A stretch of DNA of 62,884 nt, filler included, from an uncultured bacterium (GTDB lineage: Bacteria > CAZSTA01): the NCBI GenBank assembly GCA_964609495.1. It is 13 parts of 13 records of this genome, joined end to end, with 100 filler letters (N's around TTAATTAATTAA, not from the genome) between each part and the next. Parts side by side here need not be neighbours in the genome. Positions count along the whole stretch, not along the records: positions 25,076 to 29,892 come from CAZSTA010000242.1; positions 29,993 to 34,806 come from CAZSTA010000243.1; positions 34,907 to 39,647 come from CAZSTA010000244.1; 10 more parts are not named here. One strand, written 5' to 3'. Positions within the stretch are counted from its first letter, which is position 1; every line of letters begins with the position of its first letter. This document shows positions 27,200-37,395 of this stretch, piece after piece. The notes beneath the pieces were generated by a model that saw only the letters and a program-made list of their open reading frames with translations, did not search any database and was not told the DNA's origin. Made by a program: the position numbers and the translations under genes.

Positions 27200-28129
27200 T
27201 CAGTCTAGTTTGATACGTGGATCTAGAAAGTGATAGGATATATCTACTAATAGATTGACCAGCACGAATATGAAAGCCATAAATAGCACGAAGCCTTGAA
27301 TTATCGGATAATCCCGACTGGCTATAGAATCCACTACGAATCTCCCCATACCTGGCCAAGCGAAGATCGTCTCCACGATAACAGTTCCCCCTAGGAGATA
27401 GCCAAAGCTCATTCCCAGCGCTGTTACCACTGGAAGAAGTCCATTTTTCAAGGCATGTTTCATTATCACTGTCCTTTCCGCTAGCCCCTTCGCTCTAGCT
27501 ACCCTGATAAAATCCTCAGCCAGCACTTCTAGCATACTTCCTCTCAGCAGACGAGCATAAGTTACCGCCATTCCCGCTCCTAGGGTTATAGCCGGCAAAA
27601 TTATGTAGGAAGTGGTTTTTCCAGCGATTGCGGGTAGAAGGCTCCACTTCACAGAGAAGTAGTAGATCAGAAGTAATCCCAGCCAGAAGCTGGGAAGGGA
27701 GGCTCCCATCAGAGCCCCGATCCTGCCTAAGTGGTCAATAACACTATGTTTATATACTGCGGTTAAAATCCCCATTGGTATAGAAATCACAAGCATTACT
27801 ATCATTCCAGCTATAGTCAACTGCAAGGTGGCTGGAAATCTTTCCAATAATTCCTGAAGCACCGGTTCTCCAGTATAGAATGATCTTCCCAAGTCAAGAT
27901 GCAATATATTCCATACCCAACGTATATATTGGATAGGGAGGGGATAGTTTAGCCCTAGTTCCTCTCTCATCACCTCGATCGTTTCCGAAGTAGGCTCAAG
28001 CTCTCTCTGGCGGATTATAATCTCCGCGGGATCCCCTGGAGTTATGCTTATCAATCCGAAGGTGATTAGGGAGATTCCGAACATAACAGGTATTAAATTT
28101 ATTAATCTATAAACGATATATTTATGCAC
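27200..28129 (-). CDS. nikB: nickel/peptide ABC transporter permease (NikB/OppB family)
   Basis: PGDPA, ARAKGL, VETIFAWPGMG, RDYP motifs. Confidence 0.8.
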   Translation of the reverse strand: MHKYIVYRLINLIPVMFGISLITFGLISITPGDPAEIIIRQRELEPTSETIEVMREELGLNYPLPIQYIRWVWNILHLDLGRSFYTGEPVLQELLERFPATLQLTIAGMIVMLVISIPMGILTAVYKHSVIDHLGRIGALMGASLPSFWLGLLLIYYFSVKWSLLPAIAGKTTSYIILPAITLGAGMAVTYARLLRGSMLEVLAEDFIRVARAKGLAERTVIMKHALKNGLLPVVTALGMSFGYLLGGTVIVETIFAWPGMGRFVVDSIASRDYPIIQGFVLFMAFIFVLVNLLVDISYHFLDPRIKLD

Positions 28130-28174
28130 TAATTATCCCTCTTGTCTAAAACTTTCCTATTCAAGATATAATTC

Positions 28175-28330
28175 TCCCCCTTACCCTAACCCTCTCCCAC
28201 GAGGGGAAAAAGGTAACTTTTTTAACCATGAGTTCTATTTGAAGCAAAAAAGTTACCTTTTAGAGAACACTGAGATAAGACTGCTCTCTTTATTTTCCCC
28301 TCCCTCGATGGGAGGGGTTAGGGGAGGGTG
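28175..28330. repeat. hairpin doublet whose first hairpin is interrupted by a 54-bp MITE (28208-28261)
   Basis: 16-bp perfect IR AAAAGGTAACTTTTTT / AAAAAAGTTACCTTTT inside the GGGGAGAGGGAACAC arm. Confidence 0.88.
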
Positions 28331-28345
28331 ATTTATGAGATCAAG

Positions 28346-29890
28346 CTAATCCTCGATATATACACCTGCCCAAAGATCATTTATTCGCGAGGGATGAGGC
28401 TGGTATCCCTTTACCTTATCCTTGATGGCGTGAATATTGTAGAGGGAGGCGATGGGGATAGCTATAGCCTTCTCATCAATTAAGATGCGCATAGCCTCGG
28501 CAGAGAGACGAGTAGCCTCTTCGATATCAGGTGTATCTCTAGCCTCATCTATTAACCTATCGAATTCCTCTCCTGGCCAGGTGGGGGCGTTCAAGTACTT
28601 AACATAATATCCATTAGTATGGAAGAGTAACTCTGGTAAGAAGGTGGGATCAGCCGTATTTTGAGAGCCATCCTCTATCCATATATCCCCCTCACCCTTC
28701 TTTATCGAATCTTGAAAGAGACCAGTATCATTGTATTCTATGATCTTCATATCGATACCGACCTCCTTCAACTGAGCCTGAATAACCTCAGGAACAGGTC
28801 TATGATATTCCGCAGAAGGGAAACCAGAGATGAGGATTATAGATAGCCTTCTTCCCTCCTTCTCTCGGATGCCGTCCTTCCCTTCCTTCCAGCCAGCTTC
28901 CTCCAGAAGTTCAATCGCTTTATCCTTATCATAGGCGAATCCCTCCACTATAGAGCGATATTCACCCAAGATGGCAGGTGGAATGAAGGTCTGGTTGAGC
29001 TCGGCATTACCTTCCCATACACCTTGAACTATGGTTTCGCGATCTATAGCTGCCGCTATCGCTAGCCTTACTTTGACATCAGTTAAGATATCGTGAGGGG
29101 CTTTTCCAGTAGCCGCTAAGTAAAGGGCAGAGTATCTCCCTGGGAGAGAGGTTAGGACCTCTATTCCCTTCGTAGCCTTTAGCAAAGATGCGCTCTCTCG
29201 AGGGAGATAAAGAGCTACATCTATATCCCCCGATTGCAGAGCCATAATTCTAGTGTTATTATCAGGGATGAACTTGAAGTTGATCTTATCCAGCTCGGCT
29301 TTCTCTCCCCAATAATCCTCATTACGCTCAACTACTATCTCTACGCCCTCCTTATACGATACGAACTTGAAGGGGCCAGTCCCTACTGGTGCTTTCCCAG
29401 GATCGCTTCCCGGGGCCATCATTCCAAATGAAGGATGGGTTAAGCCTTCAACTAACCTCAGATTTCGCTTGGCAGGGGTAATATCGACAGTGTAATCATC
29501 GATTATCTTAACCGAATCCTCCCCCACATGAATAAAACTTCCTCCAGTACGAGCTACTCGATCTAAGGTAAACTTCACTGCGGAAGCGGTGAATTCCTCT
29601 CCATTGTGGAATTTGACTCCCCTCCGTAGATAGAAGCGCCAAGTGTTATCAGCCACATATTCCCATTTGGTAGCCAAGGCAGGAGCAACCTTATAATCAG
29701 GCGTCAATCTCACCAGAGGCTCATAGACATTGGCGTTCAGAGGGTAAGCAGCTAGGTTAGCTCCATCCCCCTCGGTCTTATAAGATGCAGCTCCTGTCCC
29801 AACGATCAGTTCCTTCTCCGCTTGAGTAGTTCCAGATATGGCTAAAACTAAAGTTGACAACAAAACGATCAGGATCCCTAGCTTCTTCAT
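28346..29890 (-). CDS. ABC transporter substrate-binding protein family 5 (NikA/DppA-like)
   Basis: Signal peptide; LRRGVKFHNG, PVGTGPF, RNEDYWG motifs. Confidence 0.9.
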   Translation of the reverse strand: MKKLGILIVLLSTLVLAISGTTQAEKELIVGTGAASYKTEGDGANLAAYPLNANVYEPLVRLTPDYKVAPALATKWEYVADNTWRFYLRRGVKFHNGEEFTASAVKFTLDRVARTGGSFIHVGEDSVKIIDDYTVDITPAKRNLRLVEGLTHPSFGMMAPGSDPGKAPVGTGPFKFVSYKEGVEIVVERNEDYWGEKAELDKINFKFIPDNNTRIMALQSGDIDVALYLPRESASLLKATKGIEVLTSLPGRYSALYLAATGKAPHDILTDVKVRLAIAAAIDRETIVQGVWEGNAELNQTFIPPAILGEYRSIVEGFAYDKDKAIELLEEAGWKEGKDGIREKEGRRLSIILISGFPSAEYHRPVPEVIQAQLKEVGIDMKIIEYNDTGLFQDSIKKGEGDIWIEDGSQNTADPTFLPELLFHTNGYYVKYLNAPTWPGEEFDRLIDEARDTPDIEEATRLSAEAMRILIDEKAIAIPIASLYNIHAIKDKVKGYQPHPSRINDLWAGVYIED

Positions 29891-30099
29891 TCNNNNNNNN
29901 NNNNNNNNNNNNNNNNNNNNNNNNNNNNNNNNNNNNTTAATTAATTAANNNNNNNNNNNNNNNNNNNNNNNNNNNNNNNNNNNNNNNNNNNNTTGCATGG
30001 GGAATGGTTAAATTATGGAACAATTGCTAATACTATTCGGGCATTCATGATTTTAGATGTCTTATTTGAACTATGTGGATATAACTAAAGAAGGAGGAG

Positions 30100-32169
30100 A
30101 TGATAGCTATGTGGTATGAAAAATCTAGGCGAAGAGTCTTACTTGATTTTCACTTTCCTGATTGGGATGAGCGAATTTTAAGTAAATTCGATGCTAAACA
30201 GGCTGTTGAGAACCTAGTTAAAGGGAATGTTGATTGTGGTATCTTCTATTCTAAGGATCATTATGGAAACTCCTATTACAATACTAAGATCGGACACAAG
30301 CATAAGAATATAGGAGATAGGGATTTTGTAGGCGAGTTTGTCGAGGAAGCAAGGAAGGCTGGACTTTGGGTCCTGATCTACTACAGCATCGTTTGGGAGC
30401 GATGGATCACAGAGCATCATCCAGAGTGGATTATGCGGGATAAGGATGGGAAGCCAATTCCCTTTGTGTGGGGATATGCCTGCTATAACTCTGGCTATAA
30501 GGATTATGTGATAGGACAAGTTACCGAGATAATAAATCAATATGATATAAATGGCTTTCACTTCGATATGATGATCTATGATTTTGGTGGAAAGGCTTGT
30601 TACTGCGATAATTGTCGCCGTCTCTTCAAGGAGAAGTATGGCTACGATATGCCCGAGGAACCGACCTGGGACCAGAAGTGGAGAGATCATCTCGAATTCC
30701 GTTACGAATCTAACTATAAATTCGGGATGGATTTAAGGAATGCTATCAAGAAGCTTAATCCCGATCTCTCGGTGATCTATAATTATCACGGCGCTCCCGG
30801 TTTCACTTGGAAGACAGCCCAGCGTCCAGTTCAACACATCTTGTATAACGATTATGGAACGGGAGAAGCCTACACCAGCGCCTTTGGCTTTGCTTACACT
30901 AGCCTATATCCTCGTTTCCTTCGAGGCTTGGTAGATGATCGCCCTTATGAAGTGGTAACCTCCCGTTTCAATAGAAGCTGGGATTATACTACCGAGCCAG
31001 TAGCCCACCTCAAGTGGGAGGTATTAACTTATCTCTCCAATGGTGCTGCCTCCTACATCGTCGATCAACCAGGTTATGATGGATTAGTCGATCCAGTCGT
31101 CTATGAGAGGATCGGGGAGATTTATGGAGAGGTCAAAGAGAAGCAGGAATACTTCGGTTATCCTCCGATAAAGCAGGTCGGACTCTACTACTCGGTAAAA
31201 TCCCGCGATTGGTATGGCCGAGATGATATGGAGAGCTACCTTCTTCCCTTCAACGGAGCGTTCAAGGCTCTGCTTGAATCTCAAATCCCAGTCGATATCC
31301 TTTTCGATGAGAACATAAATCTTAAGAAGCTGATGAAGTATCCGCTCTTTTTCTTAGCGAACGTTCCAATCTTATCCGAGACGGAGATCGAGATGATAGT
31401 CGATTATGTAAAGAATGGAGGGATTTTAGTAGCTACAGATGAGACTAGTCTTTACGATGGCTTTGGCAATATTATGAAGGATTTCGCTCTAGCCGATCTT
31501 TTCGGAGTGCATTATAAGGGTAAGACTCAGTTCAGGTACAACTATTTCAGGCTGAGCGAATCTCCTTATAGTGAGGGAATAAACCCGCTCTATGATGTTC
31601 TCCTGTTGGGACCGGGGAATGTGGTTGAGACCCAAGCTCAAACTTATGGGGAGTTGAAATTATCCTTCTTCGATAGACAGCCCGATCGCTTTCTCTCTCA
31701 TAATATGCATCCCGTGTTTGAGACAGTAGGACCTGCTATAATCGAGAATAAGTTTGGAGATGGTAAGGTGATCTATATTCCGGGGAAGCTAGCCGCGAGC
31801 TATGCTGGACGATATTTCGTAGGAGAGCATCGTCAGTTGATAAGGAATATAGTATATAACAATCTTCCCAAAGCGCCGCTAGAGGTCGAAGCTCCTCTGA
31901 ATGTAGAGTCGGTCATCACCTTTGATGAAAGGAACAATAGATATATAGTTCATCTGCTTGGCTTCCAAGCGACCAAGCAAGCTACCTCGGGTAGTATTAA
32001 GCCCGCCTTGATGATGGAGGAGCCTCTCCTCTTCAGAGCAAAGATCAGGCTCAATGTTCCCTTCTCTAAGGTAACCTCTTATAAAGATAGACCTGAACTC
32101 GATATTAAAGGGAACATCGTTGAGTTATTAGCTGAGGATGTGCATAATATGATTATAGTTGAGCTATAA
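30100..32169 (+). CDS. putative glycoside hydrolase (TIM-barrel + beta-galactosidase trimerisation/GATase-like domain)
   Basis: LDFHF...SKDHYG.SYYNTKIG..H, GFHFDM, CYC..C, GGILVATDETSL; paralog of 42257-44260. Confidence 0.75.
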   Translation: MIAMWYEKSRRRVLLDFHFPDWDERILSKFDAKQAVENLVKGNVDCGIFYSKDHYGNSYYNTKIGHKHKNIGDRDFVGEFVEEARKAGLWVLIYYSIVWERWITEHHPEWIMRDKDGKPIPFVWGYACYNSGYKDYVIGQVTEIINQYDINGFHFDMMIYDFGGKACYCDNCRRLFKEKYGYDMPEEPTWDQKWRDHLEFRYESNYKFGMDLRNAIKKLNPDLSVIYNYHGAPGFTWKTAQRPVQHILYNDYGTGEAYTSAFGFAYTSLYPRFLRGLVDDRPYEVVTSRFNRSWDYTTEPVAHLKWEVLTYLSNGAASYIVDQPGYDGLVDPVVYERIGEIYGEVKEKQEYFGYPPIKQVGLYYSVKSRDWYGRDDMESYLLPFNGAFKALLESQIPVDILFDENINLKKLMKYPLFFLANVPILSETEIEMIVDYVKNGGILVATDETSLYDGFGNIMKDFALADLFGVHYKGKTQFRYNYFRLSESPYSEGINPLYDVLLLGPGNVVETQAQTYGELKLSFFDRQPDRFLSHNMHPVFETVGPAIIENKFGDGKVIYIPGKLAASYAGRYFVGEHRQLIRNIVYNNLPKAPLEVEAPLNVESVITFDERNNRYIVHLLGFQATKQATSGSIKPALMMEEPLLFRAKIRLNVPFSKVTSYKDRPELDIKGNIVELLAEDVHNMIIVEL

Positions 32170-32184
32170 CATTAGGCAATAATT

Positions 32185-32218
32185 AAAGCTCTCTAGCTCT
32201 ATCTTTGCTAGAGAGCTT
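32185..32218 (+). terminator. rho-independent terminator
   Basis: AAGCTCTCTAGC...GCTAGAGAGCTT followed by ATTTT. Confidence 0.65.
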
Positions 32219-32400
32219 ATTTTGATCTCATATAAAGCATCTTTTCCGCCGATAGTTGGGCTGTGAACATTTTAACATAGCTCGAATAGTGATGGAGGAG
32301 CTTAATCCTTGCGATCTTGCGTATAAAGAGCTATCTACCCAAGGATATATTGAAATCCGATCTGGGATTTCTCCCTTTCTTACCGACCCGATCTTTTTTC

Positions 32401-32846
32401 ATTTAAGTAGTTTCAAAATTTTTTGTCTGAGATGTTCGGGATCAGATTAGGTCTCAAACTTACCTTAAATCACCCTCTCCTCTTGGTTTTTGCTGAATTA
32501 ATAAGGCTATCAAAGATCTTGGTAATTACCACCCTCCCCCTAACCCCCTCCCATCAAGGGAGGGGGAACTGAAGGGCTTTAGTTCAATCTCAGTGTTCCC
32601 TCTCCCCTCGTGGGAGAGGGATAGGGTGAGGGTGGAATTAGTCTTTAACTCCCTAACTAAGAATATGATACCTTTGATTATAAGTTCAAAGACCAAAAGG
32701 GAGGGGAAACTAATCTTATCAAGAGAGGGGCTTAATTACGCTCCCTCTCCCCTCGTGGGAGAGGGATGGGGTGAGGGGGAATTGTGTCTTGAACCCACTA
32801 GCGAAAAACTAAGAATAACCAATTACTTACTTGAAACTATTTAAAT
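32401..32846. mobile_element. 446-bp MITE-like composite with 16-bp terminal inverted repeats, enclosing three BoxC-like hairpins
   Basis: ATTTAAGTAGTTTCAA ... TTGAAACTATTTAAAT (15/16 match); the same end motif occurs at about 22876-22889 and 24775-24788. Confidence 0.7.
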
Positions 32847-32867
32847 CAGCGAAATTACCAGCTAAAA

Positions 32868-33251
32868 CTAATCTCCTTTTTTTCTCAGGACTTCCTCAAT
32901 TTTGGCTTTTAATTTTTCACCATAGAGAGGTTTTCTCACATAACCATCTACTCCCTCTGTTAATTCTCGTATCTCTCCCATCTGTTCATCAGTTATAACA
33001 TCTGTGCCAATCGCTAAGATAACTGGAATATGGGAGGTTTCTGGAGCGTCCCTTATTATCCTGAAAGTGTGATAGCCATCTACTTCTGGGAGAGTCGAAT
33101 CTAAGAGAATGATATTGGGTTGCTCCCTCTTAGCTTTCTCAATCCCCTCACGGCTACTATAAGCTTTGACTACCTTATAGCCTATCTTTCTAAAGACAGA
33201 GGCAGTTTCTTGAACAGTTTGGCGATTATCATCAACTATTAATATTTTCAT
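32868..33251 (-). CDS. single-domain response regulator (receiver)
   Basis: KILIVDD, IILLD..LP.VDG, YVRKP; the conserved Thr/Ser position looks atypical. Confidence 0.85.
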   Translation of the reverse strand: MKILIVDDNRQTVQETASVFRKIGYKVVKAYSSREGIEKAKREQPNIILLDSTLPEVDGYHTFRIIRDAPETSHIPVILAIGTDVITDEQMGEIRELTEGVDGYVRKPLYGEKLKAKIEEVLRKKGD

Positions 33252-33401
33252 TTGATTATCAAAATCTCCTCACTTCAGTAATGAGGAAAAGGATAACGGT
33301 TTTAGTAATAGTATATCATAGCTTAAGCTAAAAATCAATGGTAAATTAATAGAATTTATTTTATAGGTATCGTCTTAATCTAAACTTTGATAATTTGCGA
33401 C

Positions 33402-33953
33402 CTATTCCAGATTAGTATGCTTAACGTTCATATCATCTTTGCTCTTCCCGATCTCCTTCATCAGCCTAACGATTACTGCATCGGTAAAGATGAGGAGGCT
33501 TTGCTCAAACAACGATCCCCCATACTGAATAGAAGACGGTATCCCCTTCACAGGTACCTTTACCGTGCCAGGTATTACTATTATTCCATCTCCTATCTTA
33601 GCTAACCTCGAATCTCCGTTAGAAGTCAAAACCCAGGTTATAGCTCCTCCTTTCTTCGCTTTCTGGGTTAAATAGCAGGTGATCTCAGTCTCCCCCGAGC
33701 CAGAGCCCGCAATGAGGAGGTCTCCCTCCTCAAGACGAGGAGTTATCGTCTCTCCCACTACATAAACATTAAATCCCAGGTGCATAAGTCGCATTGCGAA
33801 AGCTTTGACTATCAGCCCAGTTCTCCCCATTCCGACAGTATATATTTTCTTAGACTTTTTTATCTCATCTATAAATTCTTCTATCTTTTCCAATTCGGTC
33901 CGATCTAAAACCCCTTTAATTTCCTCTAAGATCTTAGCAAATATGTCCCTCAT
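33402..33953 (-). CDS. hxlB: 6-phospho-3-hexuloisomerase
   Basis: GMGRTG...FAMRLMHLG...VGETITP, GSGSGET, GSLFEQ, HTNLE terminus. Confidence 0.95.
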   Translation of the reverse strand: MRDIFAKILEEIKGVLDRTELEKIEEFIDEIKKSKKIYTVGMGRTGLIVKAFAMRLMHLGFNVYVVGETITPRLEEGDLLIAGSGSGETEITCYLTQKAKKGGAITWVLTSNGDSRLAKIGDGIIVIPGTVKVPVKGIPSSIQYGGSLFEQSLLIFTDAVIVRLMKEIGKSKDDMNVKHTNLE

Positions 33954-34597
33954 TCTCCTTTTCCCTCGTAGAATTTCTTGATCTTATCCCTCAAAGCCTT
34001 AGCTGTTTTTTCTGGGTCTTCCGCCTTAGTGATACCAGATCCTACCACTATAATATCAGGATGAAACTTCAATATCTCATCTATTGTCCGTAAATTTATT
34101 CCACCAGCAACCACTAGAGGAATCTTAGCGATTTTTGATATTATCTCTAACTCCTCTAAGGGACTTATTCCTCTGGTTTGTTCATCAGAGGCAGTATGAA
34201 TTCCTAGATAGTGGACTCCAAGATTCTCCAAGCCCTTCGCTCTTATCACCTTATTTTCTACTCCAAGAAGATCGGCTATTATGCTCTTATTATACTTTTC
34301 AGCGATCTTCAAAGTATTCAGGATAGTGGAGTCATTGGCACATCCCAATACATTTATGATATCAGCACCTGAGGAGAAACCTAGCTCAGCCTCCCACTTG
34401 CCCGCGTCTATAGTCTTTAGATCGGCTACTATAGTCTCCTTGGGAAAAGCTTTCCTTATTTCCTCTACTGCTCTGATCCCTTCCTTTTTAATCAAAGGAG
34501 TCCCCACCTCGATCCAATCGATATAGTCTTTAACTTTCTTAGTTAATTCTATCGCCTCGTTCAGGGGAATTATATCCAAAGCTAATTGTAATTTCAT
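33950..34597 (-). CDS. hxlA: 3-hexulose-6-phosphate synthase
   Basis: MKLQLALD, IEVGTPLIK, ADLKTIDAG, VAGGI motifs; coupled to hxlB. Confidence 0.93.
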   Translation of the reverse strand: MKLQLALDIIPLNEAIELTKKVKDYIDWIEVGTPLIKKEGIRAVEEIRKAFPKETIVADLKTIDAGKWEAELGFSSGADIINVLGCANDSTILNTLKIAEKYNKSIIADLLGVENKVIRAKGLENLGVHYLGIHTASDEQTRGISPLEELEIISKIAKIPLVVAGGINLRTIDEILKFHPDIIVVGSGITKAEDPEKTAKALRDKIKKFYEGKGE

Positions 34598-34741
34598 AAA
34601 GTTTTATCTCCTTTCTCTTCGCCGAATTAGGGAAGCTCAATAGCAATTTATTTCTACTAAAGATATAATCACCCTAGTCTCCCTCCTGCTTAAAAAGTAT
34701 TTATGGTCTATTTTATGCCTGACTCCATCTGCTATTCTAAT

Positions 34742-34806
34742 GGATGCATATAAATCTGGGATCTAAGATCTAATTTACTTTGTATTACACCCTCCCCCTA
34801 TCCCCC
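34742..34806. repeat. other end of the GGATGCATATA-type composite repeat; contig ends inside the hairpin
   Basis: GGATGCATATAAATCTGGGATC...TTTACTTTGTATTACACCCTCCCCCTATCCCCC. Confidence 0.85.
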
Positions 34807-34906
34807 NNNNNNNNNNNNNNNNNNNNNNNNNNNNNNNNNNNNNNNNNNNNTTAATTAATTAANNNNNNNNNNNNNNNNNNNNNNNNNNNNNNNNNNNNNN
34901 NNNNNN

Positions 34907-36908
34907 AGATCGCGAAGAAGGAATAGGTATTCCAGAGCGTCAAGAAGAACTTGCGCACAACTTCTTCTACCGCTTCCTCATAGAAGCGACGCGGATTCCA
35001 GGGAGAACCAACCGCATAGAGATACCAGCGGAAGGCATCCGCTCCCTGATGATTGAGGATCAACCAGGGATCAACGACGTTGCCTCGGCTCTTGCTCATC
35101 TTCTGTCCCTCTGCATCGAGTATAAGCCCTAAGCACATCACGTTTTCGTAAGAGGAGCGATTATATAGCACCGTCGCTATCGCCAGCAAGCTGTAGAACC
35201 AGCCACGAGTCTGATCCAGCGCCTCGCATATAAATTCGGCCGGAAAGTTAGCTTTGAACATATCTTCGTTCTCGAAGGGATAGTGCCACTGAGCTATGGG
35301 CATAGCTCCCGAATCGAACCAGCAGTCTATCACCTCGGGAACTCTCCTCATATCGCCTCCGCACCTCGGGCAAGTCAATATCATCTCGTCAACATAGGGT
35401 TTATGCAGATCGAGATCATAAGGAAGCTTATTCGCCAGCTCCCTTAATTCCTCGATACTTCCTACGCAGTGTTGATATCCACAATCCTGACATATCCATA
35501 TCGGCAAGGGTGTTCCCCAATATCGCTCCCTACTCAAAGCCCAATCCACCAAGTTCTCCAGCCAATCGCCGAAACGTCCATTCTTTATATGTTCTGGGTA
35601 CCAGTTTATATCCTGATTAGCCGCGAGAAGTTGTTCCTTGACCTTGGTCATCTCTATAAACCAAGATGATTTGGCATAGTAGAGTAGAGGACTGTCACAG
35701 CGCCAGCAGAAGGGATAGTTGTGTTCATATAGAGATTCTTTGAAGAGGAGACCTCGTTCTCTCAGATCTTCGGTTATCTCAGGATCAGCTTTCTTGACGA
35801 ACATTCCCGCCCACTTAGGAACGTTTTCTCGATAGTTCCCCTCAAGATCAACGGGGTGTAGGAGAGGGAGATCATACTGGTGTCGCATCCGCATATCATC
35901 CTCACCATAGGCGGGTGCTATGTGGACTATTCCAGTTCCCTCCTCCAAAGTTACGAAATCAGCAGTTATGGTATAGTGCGTCCTCTTATCGAACTTCTCG
36001 AAGCTGAAGAGAGGCACATAGTTTTTATCAGCTATCTTCGAGGCAGGAAGGATATCCACTACCTCGTAGTCCTTTCCCTCCATAACTTGAGAGACGAGAG
36101 GCTCTGCGAATATCAGATTCTCCTCTTTGCCATCAAATTTATTTTTGACGACCGCATATTTCAACTCAGGATGGACCGCTAGGGCAACGTTCGCCAAAAG
36201 CGTCCAGGGGGTAGTTGTCCAGGCTAGGAAATAGGTATTCTCTCCCAATTCCGAGAGAAGTTCCTCATCCTTGACCTTGAACTTGATGTAGATAGAAGGA
36301 TCCTTAACCGTAGCATATCCTTGCGATACCTCATGGCTGGAGAGAGAGGTTCCACAGCGCGGGCAATAGGGAACTACCTTATAGCCCTTATAGAGTAGCT
36401 CTTTATCCCAGATCTGCCTTAGTATCCACCAGACTGATTCTATATAGCTATTCGTGAAGGTGATATAGGGATTATCCATATCCACCCAAAAGGCTATTCT
36501 CTCAGTCACTCGACGCCATTCCGCCTCGTAGCGAAGCACGCTCTCTTTACATTTCTCATTGAACTTTGCTACTCCATACTCCTCGATCTGCGGTTTGCCT
36601 GTTATCCCCAGCTCCTTCTCTACCTCAAGCTCCACCGGTAATCCATGAGTATCCCATCCTCCTTTACGAGCAACATAATACCCCTTCATCGTTTTATAGC
36701 GAGGTATAAGGTCCTTAAAAGCTCTGGCTAGAACGTGATGGCATCCTGGCTTACCGTTGGCTGTAGGAGGACCCTCATAGAATATGTAGCTAGGGGCGTT
36801 CTCCCTTATCTCGACACTCCTCTCGAATATTCTCTCCTCATCCCACATCTTGAGTATCTCTTCCTCCATCTGGGGGAAGTTCGCTTTAGTCGGGACTTCT
36901 TTGAACAT
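34907..36908 (-). CDS. ileS: isoleucyl-tRNA synthetase (IleRS2-type), 3'-truncated
   Basis: EGPPTANGKPGCHH, GWDTHGLP, WTTTPWTL, GTGIVHIAPAYG, SRERYWGTPLP and KMSKS motifs. Confidence 0.97.
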
Positions 36909-36988
36909 AGCTGACCCTCCTTGTTAAGTTAAGTTTGGCGCCGTCTAGTCAGCCTCGAAAAACTACTAGGATCAATTCGGTGAGATCT

Positions 36989-37266
36989 AAATAAAAACCC
37001 CCCGTCCTCCAGGGACGAGAGGTTTACTCCCGTGATACCACCCTATTTGATCATATCAATTATGATCCACTCGTTCGAGATACTAAGCTGACTCAAAGCC
37101 GCCGCATATCCACTCTCTATAACGGGAGAGATTCGTCTCCGCTTACTTCCCCTTACGGGGGTTCAGCGAGCAACTCCGGGAGGATTTTCAACAGGTTCGG
37201 AGAAGTGGCTTTCACCATCCCACCTCTCTATCATCCCCTACACCTATTTACTCTTTCCCTTCACAG
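36989..37266 (-). promoter_or_regulatory. T-box riboswitch (Ile specifier) with terminator
   Basis: Minus strand: 5' GAAGGGAAAGAGTA; specifier GAAA-AUC (37183-37185); T-box AGGGTGGTATCACGG (37030-37044); terminator AAACCTCTCGTCC...GGACGGGGGGTTTTT. Confidence 0.92.
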
Positions 37267-37287
37267 TTTTTAGCTTTGTCTGACTAA

Positions 37288-37316
37288 ATTATAATCAAAG
37301 ATGGAGGATTTGTCAA
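37288..37316 (-). promoter_or_regulatory. consensus promoter for the T-box/ileS transcript
   Basis: TTGACA-N17-TATAAT. Confidence 0.85.
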
Positions 37317-37395
37317 TAGTTTTGGAGAAAATTTTTCGAATTTGATGACATCGTTCAATTTTCCCTCAAGTCTTGAAGAAGGAATCTTCAAGGTT

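Noticed and set aside
32593-32844. 83-aa ORF (FPLPSWERDRVR...PSPLVGEGWGEG) and the 64-aa ORF at 32256-32450
   Set aside because: These are translations of the hairpin and MITE repeats, with no evidence of real genes.
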